Source: an uncultured Nitrospira sp. (GTDB taxonomy: Bacteria > Nitrospirota > Nitrospiria > Nitrospirales > Nitrospiraceae). From it: 58,283 nt of DNA. The DNA lies in contig CAZPYP010000003.1 of the NCBI GenBank assembly GCA_964590845.1, positions 1-58,283 of the forward strand, read 5' to 3'. This document shows positions 54,666-58,283 of the stretch, one piece after another. Within the stretch, counting starts at the first letter, position 1. Every line of letters begins with the position of its first letter. The position numbers and the translations under genes were made by a program. The notes under the pieces are model-generated. The model was not told the origin of the DNA. It did no database searches and saw nothing but the letters and a program-made list of their open reading frames with translations.

Positions 54666-56075
54666 TCAGGTTCCAACGGCCAGACTATGCGACTTGGGAG
54701 AGAATCCTTTTCGTTTCAGCTTTTCCACGAGCGTCGTGCGGTTCAATTGCAGCAATTGAGCCGCCCTGCTGGTAATCCCATTAGCCTGCCGCAGTGCTTC
54801 GACGATCAGCCGGTTTTCGTACTGCTCGATTTCCCGCGACAGATTGATTCCTTGATCGTTGAACCGGACGAACTGCTCCTTCGTTCCCTCCGCGCCGGTC
54901 GGGGGCCGCAAGAGACGCTCCGGCAAGTCGGCGGCATCGATGTGCCCGCTCTTCTTGAGCACTACGAGCCGTTCGATCATGTTTTCGAGCTCACGGATGT
55001 TTCCGGGCCAGGAATAGCCGATCAGGTACGCCGCGGCCTCCTCCGTGCATCCCGTGATGGCGGTGTGTTTCGTCCGATTGAACGACGCGATGAAATGCTC
55101 CACCAGCGCGGGAATGTCGCTGCGGCGCTCCCGCAACGGAGGAATCGTGATCGGAATGACGTTCAGGCGGTAATAGAGATCCTGGCGGAACCGCTTGTCC
55201 TGGACGGCCCGCTCCAGATCCTGATTGGTGGCTGCGATGATCCGGACGTCGACGTTGATCGTCTTGGTACCTCCGATGCGTTCGAACGACCGTTCTTGCA
55301 GCACGCGGAGCAATTTGACTTGCAGGGCCGGACTCAGTTCGCCGATTTCATCCAGGAAGATCGTGCCGCCGTGGGCGAGCTCGAACCGGCCGAGCCTGGT
55401 GTGGGCCGCCCCGGTGAACGCGCCTTTCTCGTGGCCGAACAGCTCGGACTCCAGCAGATTTTCGGGAATCGCCCCGCAGTTGACGGGAACCAACGGACCC
55501 TGGGTCCGGCCGCTGCTGTAATGCAGCATCCGGGCGACCATTTCTTTCCCGGTACCGCTTTCTCCCTGAATCAGGACCGTGCTGTCGGTGTCGGCGACTT
55601 TCTGCACGAAGTCGAGCACTCCCCGCATCTGGGCACTGGTCCCCACGAGCCGTTCGAACCGCTGCCGCACCCGCGGCCGGCCAGCCGACTGCGGCTCGAG
55701 TTTGCGACGTCTGGCTTCCGCGGCCTTCTGCACGAGGGCGACGACCTGCTCGATTTCGAACGGCTTCGTGAGAAATTCGACGGCGCCGGACTTCATCGCC
55801 TGAACCGCCGTATCGATCGTCCCATATCCCGTCATCACGATTCCGGCGACTTCGGCATCGACCCGCAGCACCCGTTCGAGAACGGTCAATCCATCGATGT
55901 CCGGGAGTCTGAGGTCCGTCAATAAGACCTGAGGAGGATGTTCTTGCGCGAGACGCACCGCCTCCGTTCCATCGGAGGCGACGAACACCTGGTAGCCTTC
56001 GCCAGCGAGAACCCGCTGCAAGAGGTCACGGATCGGCTCTTCGTTCTCAACAACCAGTACGGACCCTGCACTCAT
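54666..56075 (-). CDS. fleQ: sigma54-dependent flagellar master regulator, FleQ/FlrA-like
   Basis: REC-like N-terminus, RLVGTS, GESGTGKE, VNCGAIPENLLESELFGHEKGAFTGA, FleQ-like HTH NRTTLVEKL; heads the flagellar cluster. Confidence 0.75.
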   Translation of the reverse strand: MSAGSVLVVENEEPIRDLLQRVLAGEGYQVFVASDGTEAVRLAQEHPPQVLLTDLRLPDIDGLTVLERVLRVDAEVAGIVMTGYGTIDTAVQAMKSGAVEFLTKPFEIEQVVALVQKAAEARRRKLEPQSAGRPRVRQRFERLVGTSAQMRGVLDFVQKVADTDSTVLIQGESGTGKEMVARMLHYSSGRTQGPLVPVNCGAIPENLLESELFGHEKGAFTGAAHTRLGRFELAHGGTIFLDEIGELSPALQVKLLRVLQERSFERIGGTKTINVDVRIIAATNQDLERAVQDKRFRQDLYYRLNVIPITIPPLRERRSDIPALVEHFIASFNRTKHTAITGCTEEAAAYLIGYSWPGNIRELENMIERLVVLKKSGHIDAADLPERLLRPPTGAEGTKEQFVRFNDQGINLSREIEQYENRLIVEALRQANGITSRAAQLLQLNRTTLVEKLKRKGFSPKSHSLAVGT

Positions 56076-56443
56076 GCTTGTAGCCCCCATGTTAAGACAA
56101 CACATTGACGGTCGGCTCGGTGAGTGACGGCTTCTCCACGCGAGTCAACGGCGTCCACAGGTGTAAGCGTAGAAGAGATCCAGAATCTGAGGAGTGTCAG
56201 GAGTCACTAGAAGGAAGTGGCATTGTGTCACTATGCAATTAGTGGCATTTCCCTCGTCATACGTTTGGTGATAGAGCCCTGTGCCTCCTGCTGAAACAGG
56301 TCTGGCTGGAGCTATTCGGCCATGTCAACCGATTGACGGAGGGTCGATGGGAGTCGAGCGGAGGTGCGACGCGCAATGGCGGATCGGCGCAGCCAACCGA
56401 AGCAGAGCGCTCGATACGCCTGCGCCGGGGGACTGCTTCGTGC

Positions 56444-57136
56444 TTACAGGGAGAGGGTACGAGGCGGCTTGAACGACTCCTGCAGCGAATAGCGGACACA
56501 ATGAGCGGCCGCCTGGGCCCGCCGAGAGACGTGGAGTTTTTGAAAGATGTATCGCACGTAGTTCCGGACAGTCTTATCGCTCAAGGCCAGCGCCGCGGCG
56601 ATCTCCTTGTTCGTCTTGCCTTCGGCCACGAGGGCGAGGACGCGCTGTTGCTGGGACGAGAGCGGGGGACGAGGGTTCGCGGGACGGAACTCTGAAAGGG
56701 ACTTCATCCGGCTGAGCACCGGTTGCGTGATCGCGGCATCGAGAATCGACTGGCCGCTGGAGACCGATCGGATGGCTTGGAGCAATCCCTGCGTGTTGAC
56801 GCCTTTGAGCACATAGCCGCTGGCGTCGACCGAGATCGCGGACAAGATCGCCTCTTCATCCACCGCCGACGTCAAAAACAGCACGCGGGTGTCCGGACAA
56901 CGTTTTCGGATATCGCGGCAAGCGTCCGTCCCGCTCCCATCGGGAAATCGCAGATCCATGACCACGACGTCGGGCTTCAATCGTTCCACTTGTTCGATGA
57001 CGCCGGCCACCGATGCCGCTTCGCCGACCACCGTAACCCCTCGATCTTCGCCGAGGATCGAACGGAGTCCCACTAAAAAAATCTCGTGTGCATCCGCAAT
57101 CACCAAGCGAATCGGCGTCACCTTGACCGTAAACAT
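56444..57136 (-). CDS. NarL/DevR-family response regulator (REC + LuxR HTH)
   Basis: ADAHEIF, MDLRFPDGSG, GKTNKEIAAALALSDKTVRNY; GGAGG RBS. Confidence 0.9.
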   Translation of the reverse strand: MFTVKVTPIRLVIADAHEIFLVGLRSILGEDRGVTVVGEAASVAGVIEQVERLKPDVVVMDLRFPDGSGTDACRDIRKRCPDTRVLFLTSAVDEEAILSAISVDASGYVLKGVNTQGLLQAIRSVSSGQSILDAAITQPVLSRMKSLSEFRPANPRPPLSSQQQRVLALVAEGKTNKEIAAALALSDKTVRNYVRYIFQKLHVSRRAQAAAHCVRYSLQESFKPPRTLSL

Positions 57137-57349
57137 AGAGCGGTACCTCCAAGACGGTGGATAACGACAGACCTTTGACGACGCATGGTGGGCATTATGC
57201 CGGAGACGGATGACAAATGGGTGAGAGCCGCCGCAAGTATTATGGCCTTGGGCGGCTCGTCCATCCGGCTCTACCTCAATGACTCTAGCGGAGGAAGACG
57301 GCCGCGACGGGACGACGCTGCCGTTGCGCCGGATCTTCTCGTCGCGGGA

Positions 57350-58027
57350 TCAGAGAGCGGCTTCTGGGACGGCGGGTGATTTCGCCAATCGAGCGAAGTG
57401 AGCGGCGGCTTGCGAGCGCCTCGTCACCTGGAGCTTTTGAAACACCGCACGGACGTAGTTTTTCACCGTCTTGTCGCTCAATTTGAGCGACGCCGCGATT
57501 TCCTTGTTGGTCTTGCCCTTGGCCACCAGCGCAAGGACTTTCTGCTGTTGCGCCGACAGTTGCGCGCTGGCCTTGGCGGAGTCGTCCGACGACAACGACC
57601 GCGTCCGGTTTAAGATCAGCCGCGTGACCGACGCATCCAGGATGGAGTGGCCGGCTGCGACGGATCGGATCGCCTGCAGGAGACTTCCGGTGTCCACATG
57701 TTTCAGCAGATAGCCGTCCGCACCTCCGAACACCGCCGCCATGACGATGCTCTCGTCCGAGAACGACGTGAGAAACAGCACTCGCGTCGTGGGACAACGC
57801 TCGCGAATCTCCCGGCAGGCGTCGACACCGCTGCCGTCCGGAAGCCGCGCGTCCATCAGCACGACGTCCGGCCTGCATCGGCATGCTTCCGAGACCGCCT
57901 CGGCGGCCGTCGCCGCTTCGGCGATCACGTTGACGCCCTGGCTCTGGGTCAAGACGGTCCGAAGTCCGGCCCGCACCACTTCATGATCGTCGACCAACAG
58001 CACCGAGATCGGCTTGTTCTTAGGCAT
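57350..58027 (-). CDS. NarL/DevR-family response regulator (REC + LuxR HTH)
   Basis: VDDHEVVRAGL, MDARLPDGSG, GKTNKEIA..LKLSDKTVKNY; start overlaps kinase stop. Confidence 0.92.
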   Translation of the reverse strand: MPKNKPISVLLVDDHEVVRAGLRTVLTQSQGVNVIAEAATAAEAVSEACRCRPDVVLMDARLPDGSGVDACREIRERCPTTRVLFLTSFSDESIVMAAVFGGADGYLLKHVDTGSLLQAIRSVAAGHSILDASVTRLILNRTRSLSSDDSAKASAQLSAQQQKVLALVAKGKTNKEIAASLKLSDKTVKNYVRAVFQKLQVTRRSQAAAHFARLAKSPAVPEAAL

Positions 58028-58283
58028 GAAGCATCTCCTTCGGTAGGTCGAGCACGACACGGGTTCCCTCTTTCGCTTTCGAGTGAATGGACAAGGTGCC
58101 GCCCATCCGGGATGCGCGGGAGGCCATGTTCGCCAGCCCATGGCCGACTCCCGCCGCGTGAGCCGGGTTGAAACCGATTCCGTTGTCGCTGATCGTCAGC
58201 CTGATCCCTTGTTTCACCTGCCGCAGCGAGACGCTCGTTGAGGTCGCCCTGGAATGACGCAGGCTATTGCTGAGCGCTTCCTT
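58020..58283 (-). CDS. C-terminal part of NarX/DosS-type (HisKA_3) sensor kinase, partial
   Basis: EALSNSLRHSRA, ISDNGIGF, GHGLANMASRASRMGG, GTRVVLDLP. Confidence 0.88.
   Translation of the reverse strand, partial: KEALSNSLRHSRATSTSVSLRQVKQGIRLTISDNGIGFNPAHAAGVGHGLANMASRASRMGGTLSIHSKAKEGTRVVLDLPKEMLHA

Noticed and set aside
57302-57347. Imperfect inverted repeat after the upstream response regulator (CCGCGACGGGA...TCTCGTCGCGG)
   Set aside because: Large loop and no U-tract; too weak to call a terminator
1-58283. tRNA, rRNA, IS elements, prophage, CRISPR
   Set aside because: None recognisable; intergenic gaps are short and largely explained by promoters and hairpins

Overview
High-GC bacterial chromosomal segment. 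Gene content and style suggest Nitrospira/Nitrospirota, but that is inference. Almost all genes are on the minus strand. From right to left: a partial NarX/DosS-type kinase and two NarL/DevR-like regulators; a FleQ-like sigma54 activator; a TPR protein, FleS/FleR and a near-complete flagellar basal body, export and hook cluster (flgBC, fliEFGHIJ, motE-like, fliK, flgDE, fliLMNOPQR, flhBAFG, fliA, flgFGAHIJMNKL, csrA, fliW); a c-di-GMP module (two divergent HD-GYP genes, a PilZ brake protein, a hybrid kinase); and the start of an unusual nucleotide-sugar operon (ColD-like dehydratase, two SDRs, HddA/HddC-like enzymes, aminotransferase, B12 radical SAM enzymes, ThDP enzyme). Flagellin, fliD/fliS, motAB and che genes are not in the window. 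Main observations: (1) FliH is fused to an intact N-terminal receiver domain. (2) Five sigma54-like and four sigma28-like promoters, plus two distinct enhancer motifs, outline a multi-tier flagellar hierarchy that includes the sugar operon. (3) The sugar operon could make a branched or methylated deoxy sugar. (4) FlgK and FlgL share an inserted domain and have nested repeats. Where the longest ORF in the track overshoots, start codons were trimmed to the likely start.
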